Assembly (NCBI RefSeq): GCF_036321535.1
Contig: NC_087472.1
Location: forward strand, 61,628,001-61,692,000
DNA: 64,000 nucleotides
Direction: 5' to 3'
DNA from: Camelus dromedarius
Taxonomy: Eukaryota
Position 1 is the stretch's first letter; each line of letters starts with the position of its first letter. Below the pieces are notes generated by a model. The model had not been told where the DNA came from. It searched no databases and saw nothing but the letters and a program-made list of their open reading frames with translations. A program made the translations under genes and the position numbers. Shown one piece after another: positions 11,601-23,720 of the stretch.

Positions 11601-12034
11601 GACAGCACATTTAAGGACTGTATTGCCTCCCACTCGGCTGGAATGTTCTTTAAGGATTCTTCTAGCGATATGACCTTGGAGCTGTCACTTCCCCTCTCTG
11701 GGCTTCAGTCTGCCTGTTTGTAAAGTTTGCTTCCTTAACCTTCTTATCTCACAAGGTCATGGTGAGAAGTCCAGGGTTGGAAAAGATAAAGGGTCAACCA
11801 CAAAGCCAAAATCAGCCCTTAGAGACCCAGACTTGGTGAGTGCTGCCTCTGTGCCAACACAGCTCTAAAGGCATGCAGTATATCATTTAATCTCCTCCTG
11901 CATCTTCCAAACCTGAGATAACTAAGGGACAAAGGAGGTAAGTAATTTGTCCACGGTCACCACTGGGAAGAGCCAAAACTGGGACCCAGGTTCCCAATCT
12001 CTACTTTTGAGTGGCCTGCATCCCAGGTACTGGA

Positions 12035-12205
12035 CAGTCGGGTGGTGTTTCTCAGCCCAGTCTGTACTTTAGAACCACCTGGGGAGCTTTTAAAAACTTG
12101 GTCCTGGCCCCACCCCAAAACAATTAAATCAGGATCTCTGGAGATTGATCTTAGTATTTTGTAAATCTCCCTAAGTGAGTCTAATGTGCTGCCAGGGTGG
12201 CCTAG
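12035..12205. mobile_element. MER5A-like hAT-Charlie fragment
   Basis: gtgtttctcagccc..agaaccacctggggagcttttaaaaa..ccccacccc..aaatcagg..taagtgagtctaatgtgc. Confidence 0.75.
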
Positions 12206-12869
12206 GGAACAAGGACAAAAGTATTATAATGATGGGGCAGGGGACCAAGTCCAGGCTGGGGTCAGGGAAACAGGGAGGGAGCAGGCTGAATGGGCTCTGG
12301 AGGCCCAGCATCCCATAATATCCCAGAGTTGGAGGAGAGCCCTTGAAACCCAACAGCCCTTTTTACAAGGGGGAGCTTGAGGCCCACAGAGGAGAAAGCT
12401 CTTGCCCAAGGGAATGGAGGGACACATCTGGAATTTCATTCTCTTTCCCTGGACTCTTAATACAGAACCCTTACTGCTGCCCCAGGTGGAACCCATCCCC
12501 CCTGCTCCCACTTTGTAGATGAGGAAACTGAGGCTCAGGGGTACAGACCCACTGCCCAGGAGCACACGGCTAATAAGCATCAGAGCTGGAATTCCAAGGC
12601 CATCTGGGCTGGCTCCCTATCCCGCGCTCCTGCCACTGGCCCAACAGCATTCTGGGCCTCCGGGGAGGCCGAGAAATGGGCAGAGAAGGCGGTCCGGTTA
12701 GAGTGCAGCAAGGGCCCTGAGATGATCTTCGCTTTTTGCGCCCCAACCCAGGCCTTCCAGACCGGGCTCACCCCACCCACTAAAGACAGTGGAGCGGGTT
12801 CGAGGCCTAGTGAGGTGGGAAGGAAGGCTTTCAGGGGCCGGGAACCCCCTCCTCTCCCCCTCTGGGCTC

Positions 12870-13110
12870 CTAGGGCCTGGAATTCTTTTAATAGGAGACA
12901 AAGCCTTTAATTCCGAGAGATCAGATGAAAGGCTCCAAATGCAAATGTGCGGGCAGGGAAGCCACTGGTGAGAATAGGCAGCCTTCAAAGTGTAAATGAC
13001 TAAACGCCTCAGCCGGCTGGAGAGGAGGGGTGAGAGCCAGCCGCCCAGGCCGGCAGCCGGGCCGCACCGGCTCCCTCAATTGCTTCCATTCAGTAATTGA
13101 TGGTTCCAAA
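12870..13110. promoter_or_regulatory. Enhancer-like repeat-free element
   Basis: Octamer ATGCAAAT 12939-12946, TAATTG 13094-13099, several TTTAAT, retained CpGs; no conservation data available. Confidence 0.45.
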
Positions 13111-13599
13111 GCAGCTCAGACCCTGGAGCCCCAGGCTTGAAAAGAGTCCCACAGACCTGTGCTGGCAGCCAGGCTCAGCCATGTGACCCAGGGCAATTGA
13201 CTCCATTTTTCTCAGCGCCTCAGTTTCTTCGTCTGTGAAATGGAATTAGTGGCACGCACTGGGATCGCAAGGCTGGAAAGGGAAAACCGAGTCTGGCCCA
13301 GCACTGAGTGGGTGCTGAGGCAAATTAGTGGCCTTCTTGACCGCTGATGCCCATCTTGTCCGTGCTTGATCAAGGCTCTGTACTCACTCTCCTAACTATT
13401 CTTCAGTCATATCTCCCCTGCCTGCTAAACTCCCTCCCATCACCTACTTCCAAAGACAACCCCTCCCCTCCATATGAGGGCGATGTCAGCTGATCAGCAG
13501 GACCTCAGTGCTGCCCTCTGTCCCAGACCTACAGTGCCCATTTTCCTGGGCCTCACTGATTGGTGGGCTTTGAGCCTCGTTGACTGGAGGGGGGAGGGA

Positions 13600-13940
13600 G
13601 GCAGAAAGCTAGGTGTTTAGGAGGAGGGACGAGCACCAGTGAAGGAGAGTGATGGTGAGTGTCTGAGGAAGGGTGACAGAATCAGTGCGGAGGCAGCAGG
13701 GGATGCTCAGGGTGGGAGGGGTATGAATGGGAGCTAGAGGACCATATCCCAGAGCACCTTGAGGGCTGTGTAAGGAGCCTAGCTTTATTCTAAAGGCAGG
13801 AGAAGCTCGGGGTGGGTGTTGAGCTGGAACGTGCCACAATCTGATTCACACATTTGTTCCCTACTCCCCTCTGGCTGCTGGATGGAAAAATCATTGCAGG
13901 GGTCAAAATTGGAAGCAGAGAGACCCAGGAGGAGAGGCAA
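13600..13940 (-). mobile_element. L2 LINE fragment
   Basis: gagcctagctttattctaaaggcaggagaagc..tgctggatggaaaaatcattgcagggg..ggaagcagagagacccagg. Confidence 0.7.
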
Positions 13941-14040
13941 TATTTTTAATTTTTTGTGTGGGGGGGGGTCATTATTTATTTATTTTTCTAGTGGAGGTGC
14001 TGGGCAAGCACTCTACCACTAAGCTATACCCTCCCCCTCC
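13941..14040 (-). mobile_element. Camelid SINE with internal deletion of the B-box region
   Basis: ggaggtgctggg is joined directly to caagcactctaccactaagctataccctcccc; the gattgaacccagg segment is absent. Confidence 0.8.
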
Positions 14041-16586
14041 CCAAGAGGCTATTGTCCTGGGCAGGCAAGAGGTGACAGCAGCATGGATGCGGTGTGAGCA
14101 GTGGAAGGAGAGAGAGCAAAGGCTTTGCCTGGTAACACCCACATGAGAGGTTCTGGGCAAGAGGGAAGGAGAGGGTGAGGGTGCCACATTCAGTGACAGC
14201 CACTTCCGTTTTTGTCTCTGGGCTCTAGACATGTCAGTGTCACTCACGGAGACTCCCCAGGGACATTAGGAGGAGAAGGCAGCAATTCCCTCTTAAAGCA
14301 TGCAAACTGAAACCTCCACCTTGACCACCAGGTCTACATTCCTGGCAATGGGCTGATTCCAGAGAAGGTGTTTATCCCCAGGCTCCCTCTGCTGCTCCCA
14401 CAACTGCCCCTCTAACAGGTTGCTGGGTTTTTTGCCTTCCCTTTCTCTCTCAGAGGGCCTCTCCCCCCAGGAAGCTGCCTCAGTGAGTAAAAGAAGCTCA
14501 GTGTGGGGGTGGGAGGGAGGCTGCAGGGCTGGGTGACCTTAGGCAAATCACTGCCCCATTCTGGTCTTCAGCTTTTCCTTTCCTATAAGGCTGGCATGAT
14601 GATAAAGGGAGATGGCAGCCTATAGGTACTAGGGGGCAAAGATGCTGTGTAAGGACGAGGCACTATTTGCGGGGGGAGCGGGTCGTAAGGCAGAAGGAAG
14701 GGCTTGAGTTCTGTCATTCTGGGAGTCTCTTGCCAGATGCCTGCTGTGTTGCCATAGGGAAAGAGATGGTTCACTATCAAGCCCTAGACATTTTGGGGAT
14801 CAAGGTCTGTTACCTGCATATCAGGACTACCTGCTGTAGGCCCTCCCTGTGCTCAGGATGAGTCCTGAGGGGAAGTTGGATCCTAGAAGCTTGGCCATGT
14901 AGCTTCAACCTTCCATCATGGCTGCTCCCTGGCTCTGGAGGGATTTGGGACTGGAGCCAATGTCTTCCCCTTTTCCTTCTCCAGGTCTGTTTCTTCATCT
15001 GGAAACTGGGGAGAAGATGCCTGACCAGAAAAAAAAAAACTGGATCAAAGGGAAGAAGGAAGGAGGCCAGGCTTGGGCCAGAGTTGGGTGCGGAATACAG
15101 GTTGAGAGCCGGTGAAAGAGCTGGGGGGAGAATCACAGAAGAGAAGCTGATTCAGGGCAGGTGTGTTGGGTGGAGCTCGGGAAGGCCACTGAGACCATTG
15201 AGGTAGGTTCAGAAAATTGACTAGATGCTGAGCTGTGGGCCTGGAGCACAAGGAGCTCACAGACCCAGGAAGAAACAGAGCCAAGAGGGTGCATGGCTTT
15301 GCCCTGGGACTAGAGCAGAGGCCACTGTGACCCCAAAGGGTCTAGCATGGAGTGGTCACAGCTGACAGGAGGGCAACAGGGTAAAGCCAGGTAGAAAGCA
15401 ATACTTTGGCAGTTGTCAAGACATCACTCCTGGTGCTGGCCAGATAAGGCCAGTTTGCCCTGCCAATGTGCACCATACAGAGGACAGAGGGATGGAGAGA
15501 GAAGAGCCTGGAACCCTGGGACAGGGCAATGGCAGGAGAGCCCTTTAGGACAAGGAACAATGGACATTTCAGGAAAGATGCCTTGGGGGAGTTGCTTAGC
15601 CTCTCTGGGCCTGTCTCCTCATCTGGGTGCCAGGCTGCTGCTAAGATCAGGCCTGGAACTGTCTGGCCCAGAGCCAGCACATGAAGACCTGATGCTCAGG
15701 GTCTTCCCCTTTCAGGCGCTGCCTCAGTCCACGCAGCGCCCTCCAAGCCCAGGCAGCTGCAAGCAGCCAGCTTACTGCTCTGCTTCCATTCAGTCGCTGG
15801 GTGGCTGCATTTTTTAAAATCTTTTATGTGTTTTACTTTCTTTCCTGTTGTCAATCAAAACCCTGCTGAAGCTCGCAGAGCCGGGCAGGCTAAGAACGTG
15901 GGTGTGCTTGGCAGGCCCGGCTCGGGAGGGCTCACGGGGCTGCTCATCCAGCCGAAGAGCTGAATCTGCAAGGCAGGGGCGGGGGCCAGGCATCCCACAT
16001 CTGCTCCCCACACTGCCCATCCTGGCCCTGGCTGCTGCCCAGGAGGAAGAGACAACCCAGCCAGGGAGACGAAGAAGGACAAGAGAGTGAGTGACTCTAG
16101 GCAAACAAAAAAAGGGCCCAGAGCAAGAGTAGAGAGCAAGGGTGGGGTTTGACATGGCAGCAGCCAAAGCTCCCAACCACAGAGACACCTCAGTGAAGAC
16201 AGGCAAAGGGAGAGAAAAGAAGGGCTGAGGGCCTAGAAAGATGGAGAGTAAGGAGGCAGGAGCCCTTAGAGAGCCCAGTGAGTTGGGCAGAGAGCCCAGA
16301 GAAGACCCTGAAAGATTCAGAGGGTGGGAGAGACAGAAACAAGGAATGAAAGACAAAGCCCGGGAGTCAGAAGCAGTACAAGAAATGAGGAAAAACCATG
16401 CGGGGTTGGGAAACTCCAGTTTTGCTTTGTGCACTCTTGCGCCTTGGCGAGTGGGTCTGCCCCATGAACCTGCGATTAGCGGCTCTGCTGTCCTGGGCCA
16501 GTCAGCACCTAATGGAAGCCACCTGGCTGGCCGCAGGCCCTGGCCCTGCCCCAGCCCTGGGCCCCAGGGGCTCCCACAGAACCAAC

Positions 16587-16592
16587 TTTATT
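16587..16592 (-). terminator. Candidate polyadenylation signal on the minus strand
   Basis: Minus strand reads ctgtaaatgtacAATAAAgttggttctgtggg: two UGUA motifs upstream, GU-rich sequence downstream, outside any recognisable repeat. Confidence 0.35.
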
Positions 16593-17894
16593 TGTACATT
16601 TACAGTTGGGGGGGGCAACACTGAGATCAGAGACCAGGACAGTGCACCTTTGTCCTCTATGAAACCAAGTAGTACCTCCTGCAACGAAATCTTCCTGGCA
16701 CAATACCTATAGCACCGTCCTCCCAGTGCACCCACATCAGGATGTTTTATCTCTGTGTGAATAGTCCAGAAGGGCAGAGGGAGCCCAGGGCCCCTGGAGA
16801 GCCCCTTGGTGGGGATCCCATGGAAAGGAGTCTGGGATTCAAGAGTGGATCACCTCTCTTGCCTCTAAGTCCCTACCGGGACCTGCAATCCCATGATCCT
16901 CTGCCAGCAGGACCAGCCACAGGGGCAGGGCCTGCTCCTGCAACCACTGGTCTCTAGCCTGTTTCTCTTCCTTGCTGCGGTCCCGGGGCAGAGGCTCCAG
17001 CAGTGCTGGCAAGTAGGAGGTATGATTACCCTCATTTCACAAATAGCTTCAGGGAGGCAGAGAAAGAGAGGAAGTGTGCTATTCAGGATCACACAGCAAG
17101 TCAGGTGCGGGGACAAAGACATTTGGGAGGAGAGATGAGTAATCAGGGATTTGTCCTGGAAAAGCAGGAGAGAAGGAGAGGGTGAGCTGGCTGTAAGGTG
17201 TGTGTGTGTGGTGGAGCAGTGGAGGGCCAGGAAGGAACCACCCCACCCAGAAGCAGAGGAGAAAGAAGGAGAAGAGATGGGGGAAGAAGCCCCTGACAGA
17301 TGCTGATGGAAAGAGGCAAGTCCGGAGGCTGGGAGGAGGGGGCCCAGGGGACAGTGCTGTTCTCAGAGGATCACAAGTGGGCCTGGTCAGGGCAGGCGAC
17401 AGCCGGTCTGCACCAGGGAGGTTGAATCCCAGATAGTCACAGGCTCCCTACCCTGTGTGGGAGAGAAATTGGCCTGAGAAAAGAGGGAGGTTTGGGTCTG
17501 GACATCCTTCCTTTGGGGAGTGCACATAAACCAAGACACACACAGACACAGACACACACAAATACTCTCAAACATGAAAATCTAGGCTAGATTCTAGGCT
17601 GACTTGGTCCAACATAGGAAGATCGTTTCCAGAGTGCAGTATTAAACCTGGAAGGAGCCAGGGATCCTCTGACACATATAGAGGCACCATGAAGGCCTTT
17701 GATGGATGAGGGATATGAGGGGAAGGGGCTGCTCAAGGTCACAGCAAGAGCACAAGGGAACCTGGAGGACCTGGGGCCAGAATCTGCTTCTCCTGTGGCT
17801 GGAGGGACCAGGGAGCTCCAGGACCAAGCAAGAAGGCATCAAGATGCAAATATGTGGGAGCAGTAGTGGGGGGTGAGGGGGGCACTAGAATCAC

Positions 17895-18110
17895 CCACAT
17901 TTATCGAGCATTTACTATATGCTGTCATGTGCCATGTAATTCTCAGGGTGTGCCTTGTCCCTGCTAAATTTCACATAAATCAGATGTGGCAAGAATTGGA
18001 GTTAGCCCCATTTTTATTGATAAGGAAACTGAGATTCAGAGAGGTGAAGGGACACTCAGCTAGTAAGTAGAAGATCCAGGTTTGTCAGAGCCCAAGTTCA
18101 GGGCTTCAAC
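17895..18110 (-). mobile_element. MIR
   Basis: gagcatttactatatgc..aaggaaactgagattcagagaggtgaagggac..gatccaggtttgtcagagccc. Confidence 0.8.
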
Positions 18111-19934
18111 CCTAGTGGGGAGTGAACCCCCATGATGGCCAGAGGAGGGAGGCAGGGCGGATGGGCTGGGACATTGGGATAGTGTCCTTATCAGTGCTGC
18201 CAGGATCCCTACCCCTTGGCCCACTGAGGAGGAGAGCCTGGGGATCATCTTTCCTGCAGCCCTCTCCTGGAAGCAGGGCACCCTACTGGCCAGGGCTGCC
18301 CACCAGACTGTGAGGACAGGAAGTTGTCATTCCTTCTGCAAAACAAAGATCACTGACCTCACCCGCAACAAGGCTGCATCTGGGCTCATGAGGTGGGGGG
18401 GCAGTACAGAGACGTGGTAAGCAGTGCACTGAATCCTCGGAGTCCAGCCTTTCATTGCCAGCTCTGCTGAGTGACACAAGTTCCTTTCCTGCTCGGGGCC
18501 TCAGTGCCCCTATCTGCACCACGAGGGGTGAGCTTGAGTTGCCAGAGGACTCAGCCAGCCCTGACAGTCTGAAAATCTATGACATAAGCACATGGAAAGA
18601 GAACTCACCGTCTCAGGCAGGCCACGCCAGGCAGCAGATAAAGAGCACTAGTGGAGCTGGAGCTCACTGGAAGCGAAGTCACCATGGGTTGGGTAGCTGG
18701 TGAGGATAGACGGACTTTCATTCACTCCTCCAAATGAGTGAGCATGTGCTGAGTCCCTACCATATGCCGGGCAGTCTGCTGGGTGTTGGTGATGTAGCAG
18801 GAAGCCCCTTTCCTCAAGGAACGGAACGACCTACCAGGTCAGACACACTGCCTGAGGAAGCAATGGAGTAACAGACGCTATGCCTGCCCAGCCCTGCCCT
18901 CTCTGTTGCTGTTGTTGGGTCTCTGTCTCTGTCTCTCTTCCTTCTCCTTTCCCCTCTCTTCTGGGCTTTGTCTCTCCCCTTGTCTCTCTGCTTTACCCTT
19001 TCTATATCTCTGTCTGCCCTCCCCTTCTCTGAGTCTCATCGGTGATGGGAGTAGGAGGTGGGGCTCCAAGGGGTGGGAATTCCCACTTGGGCCCCTCCAC
19101 CAGCCTGGATGAAGACATTGAGAAACCAAGAAAGAAGTATATTAGATAAGAGGATTGGCCAATCCCTGGCCTGGCAATCATGGCTCCAGGGTCATGGGCA
19201 GGTACAGTTGCCAGGCAGGGCACAATCAATGGGAGAATGGTCCAGTGCTAGAACTGACTCCCCACTCCCCGATCAAAAGGTAGGGTAGGGGTAGGGCTAC
19301 AGCAGGGAGGATCAATCCCCGGGGAAGGCTGAGGAGTACAGACTGGGAGAGTAGAACCAGGCATGGGCTTTTGGACAGATGCCACTTGTTATTTTCATGC
19401 CTGGAATTCCGATGGGTACTACAGTTGAGGTGTCTGAGAGGAGATGAAAAGAGAGCCCTGGGAATGGAATTAGCCAGATGACCTGGGTTCAAGGCCCTAA
19501 CTGAGTAACCTCGCTGAGCCTCAGTTTCTTCAAGTGTGAAATAGAGATAATGCCAGTCACCTAGAATGGGATCTAAATGACCCCAGCGAAGTACTAGTGT
19601 TTTCCAAATGAGAAGGATTGGCCGATCCCTTCCAGAGGGCCAGGACAACAGGCCACAGGACTAGGGAATGGAGTCAGACTTCAGGGGGCACTTCCTGGAC
19701 TGGGGAAGGTGGAATTGGGGAGGAAAAATTTTGTGGATGAGGGATGAGAAGGCAAGAATAGTGTGGGAGGGTCAGTGTGGCGTTGAAGTCAGGAAAGTCT
19801 GTGCTGTGGCCACTGACTGGCCAATGGAGGCATCGGGTTCTGTAGGCTGGTGTAAAGCATTATTTATTGGCAGGGGGTCCTGCCCAGCACACCTCACTGG
19901 ACACAGAGATAGTGTCCTGGTGGCAGCAAGAACA

Positions 19935-20105
19935 CGTGCTTTGGAGGCAGAGGGTCCAGGGTTCAAATCTTGGTTCAGTCTCTTCTCTGCCTTGGACACA
20001 TCAGTTACCCTCAGAGCCCTCAGTTTCTTCATCTGTCAAACAGGCTCATCAGGCCTGGCTTATCAGGTTTGCATGGCTCTTGGTGGGTGCTAAACATGTG
20101 AGTTG
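19935..20105 (+). mobile_element. MIR
   Basis: gggttcaaatcttggttcag..cctcagtttcttcatctgtcaa. Confidence 0.75.
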
Positions 20106-20542
20106 AACAAGCCCCCTCTCTCCGTAAGTAGCCTCGGTGTCCCCATTTTCAGAGAATGGGGGTTGGACTAAATAAATGATCTATCAGGTCCCATTCTGCG
20201 CTAACGTGCAGAAACAAGCCGTGATTATCATCTGTGTTTTCTGATCATGTCCTGTGAGTCAGTCCCCAACAAGAACGTGATTGAGTGGGTGCTCCCTTAG
20301 TTGCTGAAGGATGGGGAAGGAGGGTGTGACAGGAACAACAGAGAGGAAGGGCCCAGGGGCCCTGACCCTCAGAGAGGCTGCCAGTCTGCTTTCTCCCGCA
20401 AGAGGACCTTGTTCCAGCCCAGAGATAGCCCCTGACCAAGCCTGGCGCCACTGCTGAAGACCCCATTGACTGGGTGAGGCTGGAGGCACATCTGGGGCCA
20501 GGACTGGGCCTCGGGAGCTTGGCTACAGCAGCTGGGAGCCGA

Positions 20543-20674
20543 NNNNNNNNNNNNNNNNNNNNNNNNNNNNNNNNNNNNNNNNNNNNNNNNNNNNNNNNNN
20601 NNNNNNNNNNNNNNNNNNNNNNNNNNNNNNNNNNNNNNNNNNNNNNNNNNNNNNNNNNNNNNNNNNNNNNNNNN
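20543..20674. other. Assembly gap within GC-rich sequence
   Basis: N run. Confidence 1.
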
Positions 20675-20860
20675 GTCTAACTCTAAGCTCTCTGCCCACC
20701 GAGGTGGAGGTGCGGGTTAGGGGAGGAGGCGGGGGGAGGGGGCGGGGTTGCCTGGGAAGCGGCGGGGGGGGGGGTGCGGGAGAGCAGCTGGTTGCTCCCT
20801 CCAAGCTGCCTTTCTGGTGACATCACTGACAACAGAGGTTCCCACGTGGGGCAGGGGTGA
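20675..20860. promoter_or_regulatory. GC-box and G-quadruplex-rich promoter-like segment
   Basis: GGGGGG-A-GGGGG-C-GGGG-TTGCCT-GGG at 20731-20756 (contains an SP1 GC box), CRE-like TGACATCA, E-box CACGTG. Confidence 0.45.
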
Positions 20861-21520
20861 CCACTCCCATCTGGATCCACCCAGAGCAAGGAAAGAGGAA
20901 GGATGGGGCTTCTGAAGGAAGCTGCAGTTCCCGCTTTGACTCAGCTGGGAACCTCTCAGGAATTCATTCTCCCCAACTACAAAATGGGACCCACCCTGCT
21001 CCCTTGCACACAGAGCGATATTGTGATTAAGCCTCCTCTGCAGGGAAAGGTGAGCAGTGGACACACCTGTGACCCCTTGGAGTAAATGCCATGCACGTGG
21101 ATGGTCCCAGCAGTAGTGTCTCCGAGCCTGTCCCTAGGGGAGGGGCAGCGGTGGACAGTCCCTCCGTGCTCCCTCCAGCCATTCCTATTTCTGACAGAGA
21201 CTGACAGAATCGGCACTGCTGGGGCCCCTCACACCTGCCCTACAGGGGACATGACTGGCCAGGATCACAGTGACACTGGACCAGTGGCAGGACTTACCCT
21301 TGGGTCTCCCGCCTCCCAGTCCAGGCAGGGCCCTTTCACCAGTCCCTTATTGCCTCCTGAAGGGTGCAAGGGAATGGGTTCTTCAGAGATAAAGGAGAAT
21401 TGTCCCTTTGCATTGGCGGGGCGCGGGAGGGGTGGTTCTCAGTCCTTGAAACTTACGGTGCTTACCCTGTCACAGTCTGAGTCTGCACCCCAGCTCCTAG
21501 AGCCTCAGGCTGCTCAAGGC

Positions 21521-21845
21521 TAGAGTGGCCAGATAAAATGCAAGGCACCCTGGGGGAGGGTATAGCTCAGTGGTCAGTGGTAGAGTGTGTGCTTAGCACG
21601 CACGAGGTCCTGGGTCCAATCCCCAGTGCTTCCATTAAAAACAAACACATTGATAAAAAAAAATACAAGATACCCAGTTAAATTTAAATTTGAGATAAAC
21701 AACGAATAATTTTTTAGTATAAGTATTTCCCAAATATTGCAGGGGACATACTTGTACTGAAAAGAAAAAAAAAAGTGCTGTTTATCCGAAATTGAGATTT
21801 GAACCCAGTGTCCCATATTTTTACTGGCTAAATTTGGCAGGCTGC
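21521..21845. mobile_element. MER53 interrupted by a camelid SINE
   Basis: tagagtggccagataaaatg.. and cccagttaaatttaaatttgagataaacaacgaataatttttt..; degraded 8-bp TSD ctcaaggc / cttaagga. Confidence 0.85.
21551..21655 (+). mobile_element. Camelid tRNA-Ala SINE inside MER53, with an internal cagtggt duplication
   Basis: gggggagggtatagctcagtggtcagtggtagag..; degraded TSD aaaatgcaaggcaccc / aaaatacaagataccc. Confidence 0.88.
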
Positions 21846-23489
21846 CTTAAGGAACAGGAGAAGATGGCCACCTTAAGGTCTCTGGCCCATGGGGCAGGGA
21901 CTTCCCACTTTCAAATCTGATCAGCTGGAACGGCTCACTGGCTGAGAGAACATGTTTAATTTGGTCGCTCATTAATTTGCACAGACCTCTCCCTTCATCC
22001 TCCTGGGCCTGGTGCTGCTCTAATGAGTTGAGGCTGGTAATGAACAAGAATCCCTTCATGTGGAACATCCCAGGCCCCTGGGCACTGGGTGGGTCCTTTG
22101 CTGGCACCTCAGCTGACCCACCTCAAGATCAGGTCTATGGCTTTGGGGCCTTCTGAAGGGAGGCCCTGCCTCTCAGGATGGCCCCGGTGGGGAGGTCTGA
22201 AGGGGGTCTGGGCGGCCACCCACCCCCCGACCCCACACTGATGAATTCAGCGAGTGTGGGGAGGATATGAAGGCTGAGAGGAAAGAGAGTAGGCCACTGA
22301 CCCAGGTGACAGGCTGGGTGGCAAAGTCCCAACCCTTTACACTGGGACTTAGGAAACTGGGCAAGTAGATTCCAGTCTGCCAGGGCCACAGAAGAAGGCT
22401 GAGTCCAGGGCCTGGCAAAGAACTCAAGGCTACATTCCCCAAAGTGAACACTCCTCGGAGACATTCTGTGAAAAAGGGCTTTTGTGATCAAATTTGTTTG
22501 GCAAACAGTAGCTCGACACACACTGTCAATGATTTGCTGGGATGGTAGCTTACTGAAGGCTCTGAGAAGTCCTGCCGTAAACAAACACAACTGTTTACAT
22601 TGGTATAACTTGGTGTTTCCCATATGTACATGACATTGAATTTTTTTTTTTTATCATAATGCCTCTTACCTCCCCAGGCACTCACGCGCTCTGGGAAACA
22701 CTGATACAAGATGTTCTGTGGGCTGTGCCTCTGTTAGGAAATTGGCCACTGCCAAGTAGCCAGGTTCTCTGGGTCCTGGAAGCCACGCCTGCTGGATCCC
22801 ATCACCCTGGCCTGGTGTCCAGGCTTCAGCTCAGCCCTGTGCCCCCTTACTTCCTTCATTTCATGTGAATCTTTTTTTTAGACTCTATCTGTGGCTATGA
22901 CAATGCACATCTGTGTGTGCATATTCCTACATGTATCTTGCATGGGTACATGGAGGGCCGCCAGTGGCATGCCTACAAGTGTGGGCTATTCCAAAGAGCC
23001 CAAGAATGTCAAAGTTGAGAGAGACTGAGACTGAGTTTGATAGATTTTCTTTCCCAGTCCACTTCCTTGGGTAACTTCTTCCACCATTCCAGCCACAAAG
23101 AAACATTCTAGAAGTCAGCTAATGACAAAGTCTACACTGGTCAAACCATCTGCTCTGGCTTATGGGCTGCTTCCTTTTAAGATTGTGAAGAGAGGTCCTC
23201 AGAGGGTGTACCTGACAGGCCTGGCCCACACCCACTGAGGAAAGAGTAGCGGAGAAAAGCAGAGGCTTCATTCCAGTGCCAGTTTGAACGCTTCTACTTC
23301 TGATTATTTGAGAAGATTCTAGAAATGGCAACAACACCTCTACTTTCATTCAGTTCAGAACTGAATCTCAGCTCTACAAGGGCAGGGACTATGTCTGGCT
23401 GATCATCCCTGTGTTCCTAGTGCCTAACGCAAGGCCTGCTGTATAATCTGTGTGTGTGTGTGTGTGTGTGTGTCTGCGTGTGCACGTAT

Positions 23490-23720
23490 TTTTATTGAGC
23501 CTTTTTATGTGCCAGGCATTGTCCTAAGAACTTCACGCAGAATGACTTATTGAATCCTCACAATCACCCTCGGAGGTAAGTGCTATTATTATACCCATTT
23601 TACAAATGCAAACACTGAGGTACCAGGGGTAAGGCACTCCAGGTCACAAAGCCAATAAAAAGTACAGGTAGGATTTGATCCGGGAAGTTCGATTCCAGAG
23701 CTCAAGCTCTGAAACACTCT
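23490..23720 (-). mobile_element. MIR, preceded by an L2 3' end and (GT)n at about 23360-23485
   Basis: ttttattgagcc..gtgccaggcattgtcctaag..cccattttacaaatgcaaacactgagg. Confidence 0.8.

Noticed and set aside
13081-15794. Identical 14-mer tgcttccattcagt at 13081 and 15781, both in enhancer-like blocks
   Set aside because: About 8 exact 14-mer repeats are expected by chance in 64 kb (roughly 2e9 position pairs divided by 4^14), so it is not significant alone.
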